Below, one piece after another: positions 48,576 to 58,226 of a DNA stretch of 64,000 nt. The translations under genes and the position numbers were made by a program. Origin of the DNA: Myxococcota bacterium (GTDB taxonomy: Bacteria > Myxococcota_A > UBA796 > CAJQPC01); the NCBI GenBank assembly GCA_036012755.1, contig DASCPX010000137.1, positions 1 through 64,000 on the forward strand. Reading direction: 5' to 3'. The notes beneath the pieces are model-generated. The model did no database searches. It was not told the origin of the DNA and saw nothing but the letters and a program-made list of their open reading frames with translations. Position 1 is the first letter of the stretch. The number at the start of each line of letters is the position of its first letter.

Positions 48576-50005
48576 TCTGGTTCCTGGCCTGCACGGGGGC
48601 TCCCGACGTCGAGCCCGCACCGGTCGGTCGGGTCGCCGAAGCCGCGGGCATGAGCGTGCTGAGCCGCGCCGCGGTCGAGCCCGTGTTCGGGGCCCCGATT
48701 CCCTACGAGGGCTACACCGTCACCCCGCTCACCCTGCAGGTCTTCGAGGACTTCAGGCTCCCAGCGGCCCTCTGGGTCCCCAGCGGCGACGGGCCTCATC
48801 CGGCGGTCATCGTCGCCCACGGCCACTTCGGTCAGGGCAAGTCCTCTGGCGAGGTCCAGGGCCCCGCCCACGCCCTCGCCGCCAACGGCTACGTGGTGCT
48901 CGCTGTCGACACCCCCGGGGTCGAGGAGGGCTATCGCAGCGACCGCTGGATCCACCTCGCCGAGGGGGCCCACAACCGCCACCTCCTCGCGGCCGCCGGG
49001 ACCTCGGCGATGGCGCTGCAGCTCCACGGCCTCCAGGCCGGGCTCGACTACCTGCAAGAGCGAGGAGACATCGAGAAGATCGGCGCCACCGGCGCCAGCG
49101 GCGGAGCGGTCCAGTCCTACTACCTCTCCTTCGTGGACCCGCGGATCGAGGCGGTGGTCCTCGCCAGCTACGTGCCCATGCCCCACGAGGCTCGGGCCGG
49201 CGGCTGCACCTGCGACGCCCTGCCCGGGTGGCCCGGCCCTGACCCGGCGCTGCTCGCGGCCTCGCCCAAGCCAGCCCTGTGGCTCTCCGAGCTGGACCAA
49301 CCCGCGCCGGGGGGCCTGCCGCGCTCGGCCTCCTTCGAGGCGATCCCAGGTCCCCACGGCTACTCCGACGCGATGGTGCAGGAGATGCTCGACTTCTTCG
49401 AGGACCACCTCGGCGGGGACGACCGGTTGGTCACGGGCGTGCACACGGGACAGGGGCCCCTCACCAGCGAGGACGTCGGCGAGGCCGGCATTGATGACCT
49501 CGTCCGTTCCTTGGAGGTCGGCGCTCTGCGCAACGCCCCCCTCGAGGCTGGGGAGTTCACGGTCTCGTGCTCCGGGCACGGGGCGACCGTGCTCCTCGCC
49601 GGCGAGGTGGACTCCAAGACGGTCCAGGCCGCCGGCTTCCGGGCCTGCGAGGTCGACGTCCCCCTCACCGAGGTCGACCTCGCGGAGACCCTCATCCGGC
49701 GCCAGCCTGCGCTGGACATCGTCGCTGGCGGGCTGTGGGCAGCCTACGAAAAGCGAGGCGCCACCTTGGTGATCGCTCATCGGACTTGGGGCTACGCCGC
49801 GGAGCGCGCCGGTCTCCCCTACCTCTGGCTGGAGCCGGTCGAGGACCTCGACGACGTCCTGTCCGAGGACCCCCTGTGGGTCCATGCGCCGGGGATGTGG
49901 TGGAACTCGCGGGGCCTGCAGGCCCAGGCTCGAGGCGGAGACCTCAGCCTGCTCCTCGACGCCACTCGGCCACATCCTCCGGAGGCCCCTCCTTCGCCAC
50001 CTTGA
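48572..50005 (+). CDS. Alpha/beta hydrolase (acetylxylan-esterase-like) lipoprotein, probable CTG start
   Basis: PAVIVAHGH, GYVVLAVD, nucleophile GASGG. CTG-ATC-TGG-TTC-CTG-GCC-TGC overlaps the upstream TGA. Confidence 0.82.
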   Translation: MIWFLACTGAPDVEPAPVGRVAEAAGMSVLSRAAVEPVFGAPIPYEGYTVTPLTLQVFEDFRLPAALWVPSGDGPHPAVIVAHGHFGQGKSSGEVQGPAHALAANGYVVLAVDTPGVEEGYRSDRWIHLAEGAHNRHLLAAAGTSAMALQLHGLQAGLDYLQERGDIEKIGATGASGGAVQSYYLSFVDPRIEAVVLASYVPMPHEARAGGCTCDALPGWPGPDPALLAASPKPALWLSELDQPAPGGLPRSASFEAIPGPHGYSDAMVQEMLDFFEDHLGGDDRLVTGVHTGQGPLTSEDVGEAGIDDLVRSLEVGALRNAPLEAGEFTVSCSGHGATVLLAGEVDSKTVQAAGFRACEVDVPLTEVDLAETLIRRQPALDIVAGGLWAAYEKRGATLVIAHRTWGYAAERAGLPYLWLEPVEDLDDVLSEDPLWVHAPGMWWNSRGLQAQARGGDLSLLLDATRPHPPEAPPSPP

Positions 50006-50771
50006 CCCCCCAGGCGATGTAGACCAGCGCGATCACGAAGCAGATGAGCCCCCAGCCCGGTACGTCGATGGGCAGCAGGTCCTCGACCATGTCCAGCCAG
50101 AGCACTGTCGTGATGGCCATCGCAGCGATGCGCATGCCAGCGCCGAAGGGGACCTTGCCGAAGCCACCCATGCCCCAGCCGATGGCGCCGTAGCCGACCG
50201 CCTGCAGGCACCTCCAGGTCACCGATACGAGGAAGGCGCACAGGTAGAACAGGATCGGGAAGTAGAGCCGGGCGTCCTGCAGCATCAAGAGCAGGAGGTG
50301 CTCGTCCATCACGAAGAAGGGCACGGCGCCCAGCGGGGTCTCCCTCTCCATGCCGCCGGCGTTGCGGACGAAGAGCGTGTCGCGGGTCAACAGGAAGCGC
50401 TCGGCTCGCCCGTCCAGGCTGGTCACCTGCCCGGTCGTGTCGACCACGAACAGCGGCTGGCCCGTGTCGGGGTCGTTCCACGTGTAGGGCTGGCTGCGCA
50501 CGTCGGTGTAGACGGTGCCAGCCTCGATGTAGAAGCCCGGGAAGCCCTCTACCCACTCGGCGGCGTCGTCCTCCACGAAGCGCATGAGCCTCCACTCGAG
50601 CTCGGCGGTGATCGGGAGCCAGACGATGACGACCACGAGGTGGAGGTAGAGGATCCCCCACCCTCGCCAGCGAAAGATGACGTCTTGCCAGAAGGGGCGC
50701 TGCAGCAAGGGTGCCCGCCAGAGCGCCACCCAGATGGAGAAGTGCGGCTCTGGGGGCGGCTTCGTCTGCAT
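49944..50771 (-). CDS. Membrane protein (DUF1189-like)
   Basis: N-terminal TM, soluble loop, several C-terminal TMs. Confidence 0.7.
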   Translation of the reverse strand: MQTKPPPEPHFSIWVALWRAPLLQRPFWQDVIFRWRGWGILYLHLVVVIVWLPITAELEWRLMRFVEDDAAEWVEGFPGFYIEAGTVYTDVRSQPYTWNDPDTGQPLFVVDTTGQVTSLDGRAERFLLTRDTLFVRNAGGMERETPLGAVPFFVMDEHLLLLMLQDARLYFPILFYLCAFLVSVTWRCLQAVGYGAIGWGMGGFGKVPFGAGMRIAAMAITTVLWLDMVEDLLPIDVPGWGLICFVIALVYIAWGVKVAKEGPPEDVAEWRRGAG

Positions 50772-50815
50772 GCGGTGGATTCAAGCACAGAGCGGACGAA
50801 GCGACGCTCCAGGCC

Positions 50816-51490
50816 CTACTTCACCATCGTGATGCAGATCCCGGTGCCGTAGTAGTGGACGGAGTTGACGTTGCTGGAGTCGCACTGGGCTTCGCCTTCG
50901 ATGTGGAAGGTCGGGCAGTTTCCGGAGCGGTACAGCGGGCAGTAGTGGTGCATGACCAGGTCGTTGTCGCCCTCGTCCAGCCAGAAGGTGCCGATGTAGA
51001 TACGCGATCCGCCCGGGAAGCCGTCGTTGTCGGCGTCCTGGACGATCCACTCGTAGCCGCAGTTCGCCCAGCGCGGCACGCCGCTGGGGTTGGAGGCGTT
51101 CTCCACCCGGAAGAAAGCGGACTCGTTGCGCTGAGAGCCGCCGGACTCGGCGATGGAGTCGCTGTAGATGTGGTACCAGCCCTCCGCCGGGGCGGTGATG
51201 CTGCCCTCCATCTCCGTGGGGTCCCAGGACAGGACGTAGATCGTGTCCTCGCTGACCGACTCGATGCCCTCGTCGCAGTCGCCGAAGCGGTCCGGCGGGT
51301 CCCCGTCCGGTGGGTCGTCGTAGTCGTCCCAGGGGTCGGGGCTGGGATCGCCTCCGCCGCCGCCCGAGTCGTCGCCGCCCGAGTCGTCGCCGACACCGGG
51401 ATTGCCGCCGGAGTCCCACGGCTCGGTGGCGTCGTTCTTGTTGAAGTAGGAGTAATCGCTACAGGAGAGCGAAAGACCGAGGATCAGCAT
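50816..51490 (-). CDS. Putative lipoprotein
   Basis: MLILGLSLSC start; low-complexity linker; Cys-containing C-terminal domain. Confidence 0.75.
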   Translation of the reverse strand: MLILGLSLSCSDYSYFNKNDATEPWDSGGNPGVGDDSGGDDSGGGGGDPSPDPWDDYDDPPDGDPPDRFGDCDEGIESVSEDTIYVLSWDPTEMEGSITAPAEGWYHIYSDSIAESGGSQRNESAFFRVENASNPSGVPRWANCGYEWIVQDADNDGFPGGSRIYIGTFWLDEGDNDLVMHHYCPLYRSGNCPTFHIEGEAQCDSSNVNSVHYYGTGICITMVK

Positions 51491-51527
51491 GGTCCGGACT
51501 TTCAGTGCCGCGGGGACCTTAACGCAA

Positions 51528-53009
51528 CTACAGGATGAAGGGGTAGTAGTACGTCGCCGCTTCGCTCCCTTCCCACGGTGGGAAGGTGATCTGCGTGATG
51601 GCGCTTCCGAGGCAGGAATCCAGCGAGGTGCCCGAATACTGGCCGCCGTCGATGCGGGCGCTCGACGCCCGACCGCTGGGCTGGATCGCCAGCTTCACGG
51701 TGATCCTGCCACTCGGCAGGCTTCCTGTCTCCTGGCGGTAGAGGCCGAAGCAGCGCTTCACGCCCTTGTTCGACTTGAGCATGGTGTCCAGCACCGTGAC
51801 CGGCACGCCGACATTGCCGGAGCTTGCAGCCGAGGTGCTCTTCGTGCTCGAGCCAGACGACTTGGTGGAGCCCGAAGACGACTTGGTCGAGCCCGAGGAC
51901 GACCTGGTCGAGCCCGAGGACGACTTGGTCGAGCCAGAGGACTTCGATGAGCTCTTCGGCGCCACGTCCGCGGCGGTCTTGCGCTTGACCGTGGTCTTGG
52001 GAGCGGTGACCGTCGGAGCGTCCTCCTCCGGCTCGTCGAGCTCGGTTATGCCGTCGGCGCTGTCCTGGTCCTCTGCCTTCTCCATCTCCGCCAGCGCGGC
52101 GGCGAGGGCGTCGGCCCGATCCTCGATGGTCGGCTCGTCGGCTTCGTCCGCTGCGACGGCGTCGTTGAAGGCGCCCTCGGGGATCTCGGTCCCGCCGAGG
52201 GTCACCTTCTCCTCTGGCCCCTCCGTGAGCTGCACTTCTCCGGCCTCGAAACCGATGCCGGTGAACTTGACCGCGGCGGCTGCTCCGCCGGCGAGGAAGA
52301 GGCCCAGGAACATCGACAGGACGATGCTGGCTTCCTTGCGACCGCGGCTGCCAGTGGCGAGCACGAGCAAGGATGTGATGCTGCTGGCGAGCGCGATGGC
52401 GAGGCCGATGACCTCGAGGGCGTGGTCGCTGGTGACCGCCATCAGCGAGGCACCGGCCATCGCACCGAGGCTGCACATCATGACCAGCGCCATGTCGCCG
52501 GAGGGGTCGTGCCCTTGTGGAGCGAGCTCCTTGATCGGCACTCCGCTGGGGCCGGCAGAGGCCGTCGTCGGCGGGGGGGCCTTGGTCGTCGGCTTCGGAG
52601 CCGGCAGCGGAGGAGGGGGGGGCGGGGGCGGGGCCAGCGTCGGGTTCGCCGGGGGTTTCTGGTGCTTCTCGGCCAGGCCCGGCCGCGGCACGGTCTCGTC
52701 TCCAGGAGGGTCGATCACCGTGGGCGGGATGTCCTCCGAGTGCTCCTCCTCGTCGAAGCCGAAGGTGCTGTAGCTGCCGGAGGCGTGGGCCTGTGCCTGG
52801 GCGCGGGCCCGAGCCTCGATCTCCTCCTGAGAGGTGATCTGCGTGCTCTCTGCGTCAGGGGAGGGGGCGACGCTCTGGTAGCCGGCCCCCGACTTGCGGA
52901 TGATGATCCCGTGGCCGCAGCGTCGGCAGGTCGCCTTGTTGACCTCCCGAACGAGCTTGTGCTCGGGGATCTTGTAGGTGGCGGCGCAGTTGTCGCAGAC
53001 GACTCGCAT
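51528..53009 (-). CDS. Zinc-ribbon plus AgmX/PglI-type C-terminal domain membrane protein
   Basis: CDNC..CRRC N-terminus; Pro-rich linker; TMs; VKRCF..GRITVKLAI..LDSCL..FP..YYYPFIL. Confidence 0.8.
   Translation of the reverse strand: MRVVCDNCAATYKIPEHKLVREVNKATCRRCGHGIIIRKSGAGYQSVAPSPDAESTQITSQEEIEARARAQAQAHASGSYSTFGFDEEEHSEDIPPTVIDPPGDETVPRPGLAEKHQKPPANPTLAPPPPPPPPLPAPKPTTKAPPPTTASAGPSGVPIKELAPQGHDPSGDMALVMMCSLGAMAGASLMAVTSDHALEVIGLAIALASSITSLLVLATGSRGRKEASIVLSMFLGLFLAGGAAAAVKFTGIGFEAGEVQLTEGPEEKVTLGGTEIPEGAFNDAVAADEADEPTIEDRADALAAALAEMEKAEDQDSADGITELDEPEEDAPTVTAPKTTVKRKTAADVAPKSSSKSSGSTKSSSGSTRSSSGSTKSSSGSTKSSGSSTKSTSAASSGNVGVPVTVLDTMLKSNKGVKRCFGLYRQETGSLPSGRITVKLAIQPSGRASSARIDGGQYSGTSLDSCLGSAITQITFPPWEGSEAATYYYPFIL
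51847..51945. repeat. 21-bp coding tandem repeat (SSGSTKS units)
   Basis: About 4-5 imperfect copies of GAGCCCGAGGACGACTTGGTC. Confidence 0.7.
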
Positions 53010-53094
53010 CTGGGTCCTCAGACCGGAAAGCGCTGAAACATGGCTTGTTCCGGCCAACACGTCAAGCCATGCCCGGCGGTCTCACAAATCGCTG

Positions 53095-54171
53095 TCAAGG
53101 GCCCTCCACCACGACGGTGTAGGTGGCCACACTGCCCTGGACACTGTCCGGCTCCTCTGTGTTCCCGTCCGAGGTGTTCCAATAGACGAGTCCGGCGACC
53201 CCTCCAGCGATCGCGACGCCGCCCATTGTCCAGAACCACCACTCCTCGGTGATGCGCTTGTCCCGCTGCCTTCCGCGAGGGGCTCGGCTCTTCGTCCCGG
53301 AGATCGTGCCGACCTCCTCCTCGTCTGGCTCGCGGGAGAAGATCGTCTTCTTCGAGGTCCCGATCGGGCCCGAGCCGGCGATGGAGAAGAACTCCTCTTC
53401 CGGCTCGACAACGGGCTCCGATCCGAGCTCGAGGGCTCCGCCCATCATCTCCTCGACCATCTCGAGGTAGATCGGCTCTCCCGGGTAGGGCGGCACCACC
53501 ATCATCGAGCGGCTGGACTCCCCGACGACCTCTCCGCCCTGGGTCATGCGAGCGAAGAGCGTGCCGTCGAGATCGACGTAGCCGGTGACCAGGAACTCGG
53601 CGTCGAGGGCCACGGAGAGGCGCTCGAGGTCGCCGCTGAGCGTCATGCGTGGCTCGCTCTCGTCCAGGAAGTGTGCGGCCTCGGAGAGCGCGCTCTCGAT
53701 GGCTGGGGTCATTGTCGGGGCGCGGGTCTCGCCATAGCCAGGGAAGAGGTAGAGGGCCTCGACGAAGCTGGCGATAGCCTCTGTCCTGCGCCCCTTCTTG
53801 ATCAGCGCCGCGCCGATGAAGTAGTGGACATCGGCCAGCTCGGATCGACGCGCCCAGGCCGAGTCGGCGTCCTCGTGCAGCTCGAGGGCCTGGTTCAGCA
53901 GGGACAGCGCCGAGCTGGGCTCCCCCTTGTCGAGCGATGTCCGGGCCTGCGCGACCAGGCGGCGGGCCTCTGCGATGTCGTCTTGCCGGCCGGTCGAGAG
54001 CCGGTTCGTGACGTCGTACTCGGACAGCGGGAAGTAGCCGCCCTCCTCCAACAGCGCGTCCCGGAAGCCCTGGGGCGCCATCTGGACCTCGTCGTAGGGC
54101 ACGCCGTAGCCGTCGAAGGGCAACACGGCGACGTCCTGGGCAGAGGCCATGGAGAGGAACAACAGCGTCAT
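53095..54171 (-). CDS. Exported TPR-containing protein with C-terminal membrane anchor
   Basis: Signal-like N-terminus, VAVLPF, TPR-like helices, EEWWFW plus TM. Confidence 0.75.
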   Translation of the reverse strand: MTLLFLSMASAQDVAVLPFDGYGVPYDEVQMAPQGFRDALLEEGGYFPLSEYDVTNRLSTGRQDDIAEARRLVAQARTSLDKGEPSSALSLLNQALELHEDADSAWARRSELADVHYFIGAALIKKGRRTEAIASFVEALYLFPGYGETRAPTMTPAIESALSEAAHFLDESEPRMTLSGDLERLSVALDAEFLVTGYVDLDGTLFARMTQGGEVVGESSRSMMVVPPYPGEPIYLEMVEEMMGGALELGSEPVVEPEEEFFSIAGSGPIGTSKKTIFSREPDEEEVGTISGTKSRAPRGRQRDKRITEEWWFWTMGGVAIAGGVAGLVYWNTSDGNTEEPDSVQGSVATYTVVVEGP

Positions 54172-54205
54172 GTCTAGAGGCTACCGGAGGATTCGCGGCT
54201 GTGTT

Positions 54206-57139
54206 TCAGGGGGCTTCCACGATCCAGAAGCGGCCGTAGTAGTGGTCGTAGGCCGGCGCCGCGAGGATCAGGTCGTCGTTGCCGTCGCCGCTCCAGTCGT
54301 AGCTCGACATCGCAATCCCGAGGAGGTCGCCGGTGGCGGTCCCGTCGAAGCTAGCGTTGGCGTCGGTGTCGGTGTAGCTGCCGGTTGTGCCGAGATCGGC
54401 CCCGCTGAAGAGGAACACCGTGCCGGCGTCGTCCGCGTAGTAGTAGCTGTAGTAGGTGCTCGTGTAGTCCGGGGCGGCGATGGCGAGGTCGCTGTAGCCG
54501 TCGCCGTCGTAGTCGCCGGCGGTGAGGTTGATGCCGAAGTAGTCCGGGGCCGAGGCGCTGATCGTGATGTCCGCGGAGTCCGCCCTGATCTTGCCGGAGA
54601 GCGCGCTCACGTCGAGGAAGACATAGGCCGTCTGGTCCGTGTACGAGGCGGCGGCGACATCCACCGTTCCGTCGTCGTCGAAGTCGCCGATCACCGGATC
54701 GGTCACGTGGCTGAAGTAGGAGGAGATCCCCTCGCCATAGAGCGTGAGGCTGGCGGCGCTGTCGGCCGTGCCCGCTGCCGAGACGGTCGCGGCGCCGTAG
54801 ATCAGGTAGAGCGAGCCGGAGTTGGTCGTGCCCTGGTCTCCGTACCCGGCTGACATGAAGAGGTCGTCGTAGCCGTCGCCGTCGACGTCCCCGCCCGAGA
54901 GCCCGCTGCCCATGTAGTCCTTGCCGTCGTCGCCGTACCAGTAGGTGTCGGCGTCCGTGAGCAGGTCGTACTCGCTGCCGCTGGCGATCGACGCGCCCAG
55001 GAAGAGGTAGACGTAGCCTTCGTAGGTGTTGTAGTTGCCGTAGTCTCCGTGGACCACGTCGTCCTGGCCGTCCCCGTCGAAGTCGACGCTGGAGAGCACC
55101 TCTGTGTAGCCATAGGACTGGCTGCCAGACCAGAGGACGTCCGCGTCGGCGATGTCGTAGGTCCCGCCCATGGAGCCGCCGTAGAACAGGGCCGCGGCGT
55201 AGTTCCCGCTCCCGTCGCCGTAGTAGTAGTCGTTGGCGCCGACGTAGAGGTCGTCCGAGCCGTCCCCGTCCTGGTCCCCGCTGACCGGGTCCATGTGGCC
55301 GAAGTAGTTGTAGTAGGTGCCGCCGTCGATGTAGGCGTAGTCGTTGTCGGAGACCTGGCCTGCGTAGCCGGCGTAGGGGGCGCCATCGACGAGGTAGAGC
55401 CCGCCCTGGTAGTCGCTGTTGCCCGTGTAGAGGCCACCGAGGGCCATGTCGTCCTGGCCGTCCCCGTCCCAGTCTCCCACGCTGATGCCTTCGGGCCAGG
55501 CGATGTAGTCGCCATAGTCGCCCGTGAGGTGGGCGGTCGCGGCGTCGCTGACGCTCATGTTGTCGACGTAGTCGTCGCAGTCGTTGTCGACCTCGTCCCA
55601 CACCTCTTCGCCGTCCGGGCTGATGCTGCTGTCGGTCTCGTCGCAGTCCCCGTCGTCGCGGGAGTAGCCGTCGCCGTCGTAGTCGTTGCCGGTGCACTCG
55701 ATGTTCGCGTCGCCCGGGGTGCCGGCGTCGCCGTCGCCGAAGACGTCCTCTGAGCTGCACCAGTAGTCGGGCTCGTTCGTGTACGCGGCCTCGAGGTAGT
55801 CGGCGTCGAGGTTCAGGCTGGCGCCCTCCGGGACCGTCCAGTCGGAGGTGACGCGGGCCCGGTTCAGCCAGTTCTCGCCGAGGTAGAGGAAGATGCTGTC
55901 GGTGCCCTGGTCGAAGCTGAAGTCGGCGAAGTCGTACTCGTAGTCCAGGCTGAGCCCGCCGTTTTGGGTGGCGTCGGAGTTCACTCCGAAGACCGCGTAG
56001 TCCCCAGCCGCGACGACGAGGCTGGAGTCCACCTCGAACTCGTCTCCGTCGTTGGCCTTGATCTCCCAGCCGACCATGTCGATGTCGTTGCTGGTCGTGT
56101 TGTAGACCTCGAACCACTCGCCGTCGGTGTCGTCGACGGTCGACGAGTCGATCATCAGCTCGCTGAGGATGATGGCGCCGAAGATGATGTAGTCCTCGTC
56201 GACGAGGCCATCGCAGTCGTCGTCGGCGAGGTCCTGGGCGGTCTCTCCGGAGTCGTAGTAGACGCTCGCGTCGGTGTCGTCGCAGTCGTCGCCGCCGTGG
56301 TCATCGCTGTCCGCGCCGTCACCGTCCTGGTCGTAGTCGGACAGCTCGTCGCAGTTTTGATCGACACCGTCGTACCAGGTCTCCTCTGCGCTGGGTGAGA
56401 TCGACGCGTCGGTGTCGTCGCAGTCGTCGCCGCCGTAGTCGGGGTGATCGTGGCCGTCTCCGTCCGCGTCGTAGTCGGAGAGCCTGTCACAGTCGGTGTC
56501 CTCGCCGTCGTAGGGCGTGTCCTCCGCGCCCGGGTTGATGTCCGCGTCCTCGTCGTCGCAGTCGAGGCCCCCGCCGTCGGGGTGGGTGTAGCCGTCACCG
56601 TCCTGGTCGTAGTCGTCCTCGCCGTCACAGTTGCTGTCGATGCCGTCGTACCAGTCGTCTTCGGCTCCCGGGTAGACGGAGGCGTCGGTGTCGTCGCAGT
56701 CCTCTCCGCCGGCCTCCTCCGAGTCGAAGCTGTCGCCGTCAGCGTCCGCAACGGCGTTGCCGGAGAGCGCCGTGAGGCCATCGCCGCCGTCGCTGGTCCA
56801 CGCGATCTCCGCGGTCTGGGGATCGAAGTCGCTGGGGTTGAAGGTGACCTCGAGGGTGTGGGTGCTGCCTGGCTCGAGGACCGGTATGGAGAGTTCGGCG
56901 TCGAAGGCGCTCGAGCCGGAGATGGCACCGTTGGTCGTGAGGCTGGCGCTCCCCACGCAGAGGTTCGTGACCGTGATCTCGCCGGTCTGGGTCGAGTAGG
57001 GCACGTCCGTGAAGCTGAGCTCGCTGTCCACGTGGAGGACGGGGCAGGCGTCCGGGGCGGCGCTGTCGTCGGTGACGCTGCTGTCGATGGGCAGCTTGTC
57101 CTTGTCGCGGCAGGCGAGGGCGAGGATGAACCAGATCAT
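54206..57139 (-). CDS. Large lipoprotein: Ig-like, MopE-like repeats, lamin-tail domain, FG-GAP repeats
   Basis: MIWFILALAC; WYDGIDSNCDG repeats; ILSELM..GEWFEVYN..GTPG; GDxDGDGxxD repeats. Confidence 0.88.
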   Translation of the reverse strand: MIWFILALACRDKDKLPIDSSVTDDSAAPDACPVLHVDSELSFTDVPYSTQTGEITVTNLCVGSASLTTNGAISGSSAFDAELSIPVLEPGSTHTLEVTFNPSDFDPQTAEIAWTSDGGDGLTALSGNAVADADGDSFDSEEAGGEDCDDTDASVYPGAEDDWYDGIDSNCDGEDDYDQDGDGYTHPDGGGLDCDDEDADINPGAEDTPYDGEDTDCDRLSDYDADGDGHDHPDYGGDDCDDTDASISPSAEETWYDGVDQNCDELSDYDQDGDGADSDDHGGDDCDDTDASVYYDSGETAQDLADDDCDGLVDEDYIIFGAIILSELMIDSSTVDDTDGEWFEVYNTTSNDIDMVGWEIKANDGDEFEVDSSLVVAAGDYAVFGVNSDATQNGGLSLDYEYDFADFSFDQGTDSIFLYLGENWLNRARVTSDWTVPEGASLNLDADYLEAAYTNEPDYWCSSEDVFGDGDAGTPGDANIECTGNDYDGDGYSRDDGDCDETDSSISPDGEEVWDEVDNDCDDYVDNMSVSDAATAHLTGDYGDYIAWPEGISVGDWDGDGQDDMALGGLYTGNSDYQGGLYLVDGAPYAGYAGQVSDNDYAYIDGGTYYNYFGHMDPVSGDQDGDGSDDLYVGANDYYYGDGSGNYAAALFYGGSMGGTYDIADADVLWSGSQSYGYTEVLSSVDFDGDGQDDVVHGDYGNYNTYEGYVYLFLGASIASGSEYDLLTDADTYWYGDDGKDYMGSGLSGGDVDGDGYDDLFMSAGYGDQGTTNSGSLYLIYGAATVSAAGTADSAASLTLYGEGISSYFSHVTDPVIGDFDDDGTVDVAAASYTDQTAYVFLDVSALSGKIRADSADITISASAPDYFGINLTAGDYDGDGYSDLAIAAPDYTSTYYSYYYADDAGTVFLFSGADLGTTGSYTDTDANASFDGTATGDLLGIAMSSYDWSGDGNDDLILAAPAYDHYYGRFWIVEAP

Positions 57140-57262
57140 GGGAATCTCCGAGCGAAGGGCGAGAGCATAGTCAAGCTGTCGCCCAGAGCGCGACTTTCAG
57201 GCTTTTCCTGGCAGATTGGCGGTTTCCAGCCGCGTTCTGGTTCGGCTCGACCTGGGCCTGAG

Positions 57263-58222
57263 TCAGGGCTCGGGGCGTGCCTTGGACCGGATGGCCGCCA
57301 GGCGCCGGGCCTCCTGGCGCGCTGCGTCGACCTCGTCCGCGGAGGCCCCGTGGCGGTCGTCGACCGCGAGCAGGTAGTCGCACAGCCACTCGAGGTCCTC
57401 GTCCGGGTGATCGCCGGCGGCGACGCTGAAGCGCGTCGAGCCGATGAAGGCGAGGTGGAGCTCTGTGCCGCGGACGACCTCGACGGCCTTCAGCTCGTCC
57501 CAGCTGAGCCGCTCGGTGCCGACAGCCAGCCCGTGGACATCGACCTCGAGCACGGTCACGCCGTCCTCTCCGAAGAGCTCGAAGCGCGCGGACTGCTCGG
57601 AGACCTGCGCGCGGAAGCTGCCGGGGGCTCCGGTCTCTGCGCCGATCTCGTGGGGGTCTGCGAGGCTCAGCGGGATGTGCTCGTCCAACTCGTAGTCGGT
57701 GCCACCGACCGCGAGGCGCAGGGCCCTCCGAGCGCCGACCAGCGCATGCGAGAAGGCCGCGACCCCCAGGAACCAGGCGAAGCCCAGGAAGAAGGGGGCG
57801 TGGATGGCGGTGAAGAGCTTGACGAACCCGTGCACGGAGGCGTCCACCTCGATGAGCGTCCCGCCTCCGGCGCCGCGCAGCTTGCCGCTCAGCACCGGCC
57901 GCCAGCTGTTCCTTCCGCGTGTCGGGTGGTGCAAGGTGAAGGTGTGCCCCTCGATGGTGCCTTTCAGATCGCCCGATTCCACGGACCTGGAGCTTCTCGC
58001 TTCGGTCCACAGGTGCCCCTCGATGGTGCCCTTCAGATCGCCCGATTTCAGCGCCGAGTGCAGCGCGTCTTTGGTGGCCTCGGGCTCCGCGGGTGTCCAG
58101 CAACGGTAGCGGTGTCGCAGTCGCCAGCGCAGGGGCGTTCCCCGGACGTGGAGGACGAGCAGGGCGACGAGCATCCCTGCCGGGAAGAGGAAGAAGAGGA
58201 GGACCACTGCGGGCTCGTCCAT
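57263..58222 (-). CDS. Hypothetical membrane protein
   Basis: Start re-called at MDEPAVV; hydrophobic segments; internal duplication SGDLKGTIEGH x2. Confidence 0.7.
   Translation of the reverse strand: MDEPAVVLLFFLFPAGMLVALLVLHVRGTPLRWRLRHRYRCWTPAEPEATKDALHSALKSGDLKGTIEGHLWTEARSSRSVESGDLKGTIEGHTFTLHHPTRGRNSWRPVLSGKLRGAGGGTLIEVDASVHGFVKLFTAIHAPFFLGFAWFLGVAAFSHALVGARRALRLAVGGTDYELDEHIPLSLADPHEIGAETGAPGSFRAQVSEQSARFELFGEDGVTVLEVDVHGLAVGTERLSWDELKAVEVVRGTELHLAFIGSTRFSVAAGDHPDEDLEWLCDYLLAVDDRHGASADEVDAARQEARRLAAIRSKARPEP
57944..58047. repeat. Two 35-bp direct repeats around a 34-bp hairpin-forming spacer
   Basis: 57944-57978 and 58013-58047 differ at one position. Confidence 0.85.
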
Positions 58223-58226
58223 CGAT

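Noticed and set aside
57944..58047. Possible mini CRISPR array
   Set aside because: Only two repeats, in frame within a CDS; the palindrome is in the spacer rather than the repeat; no cas genes in the window.
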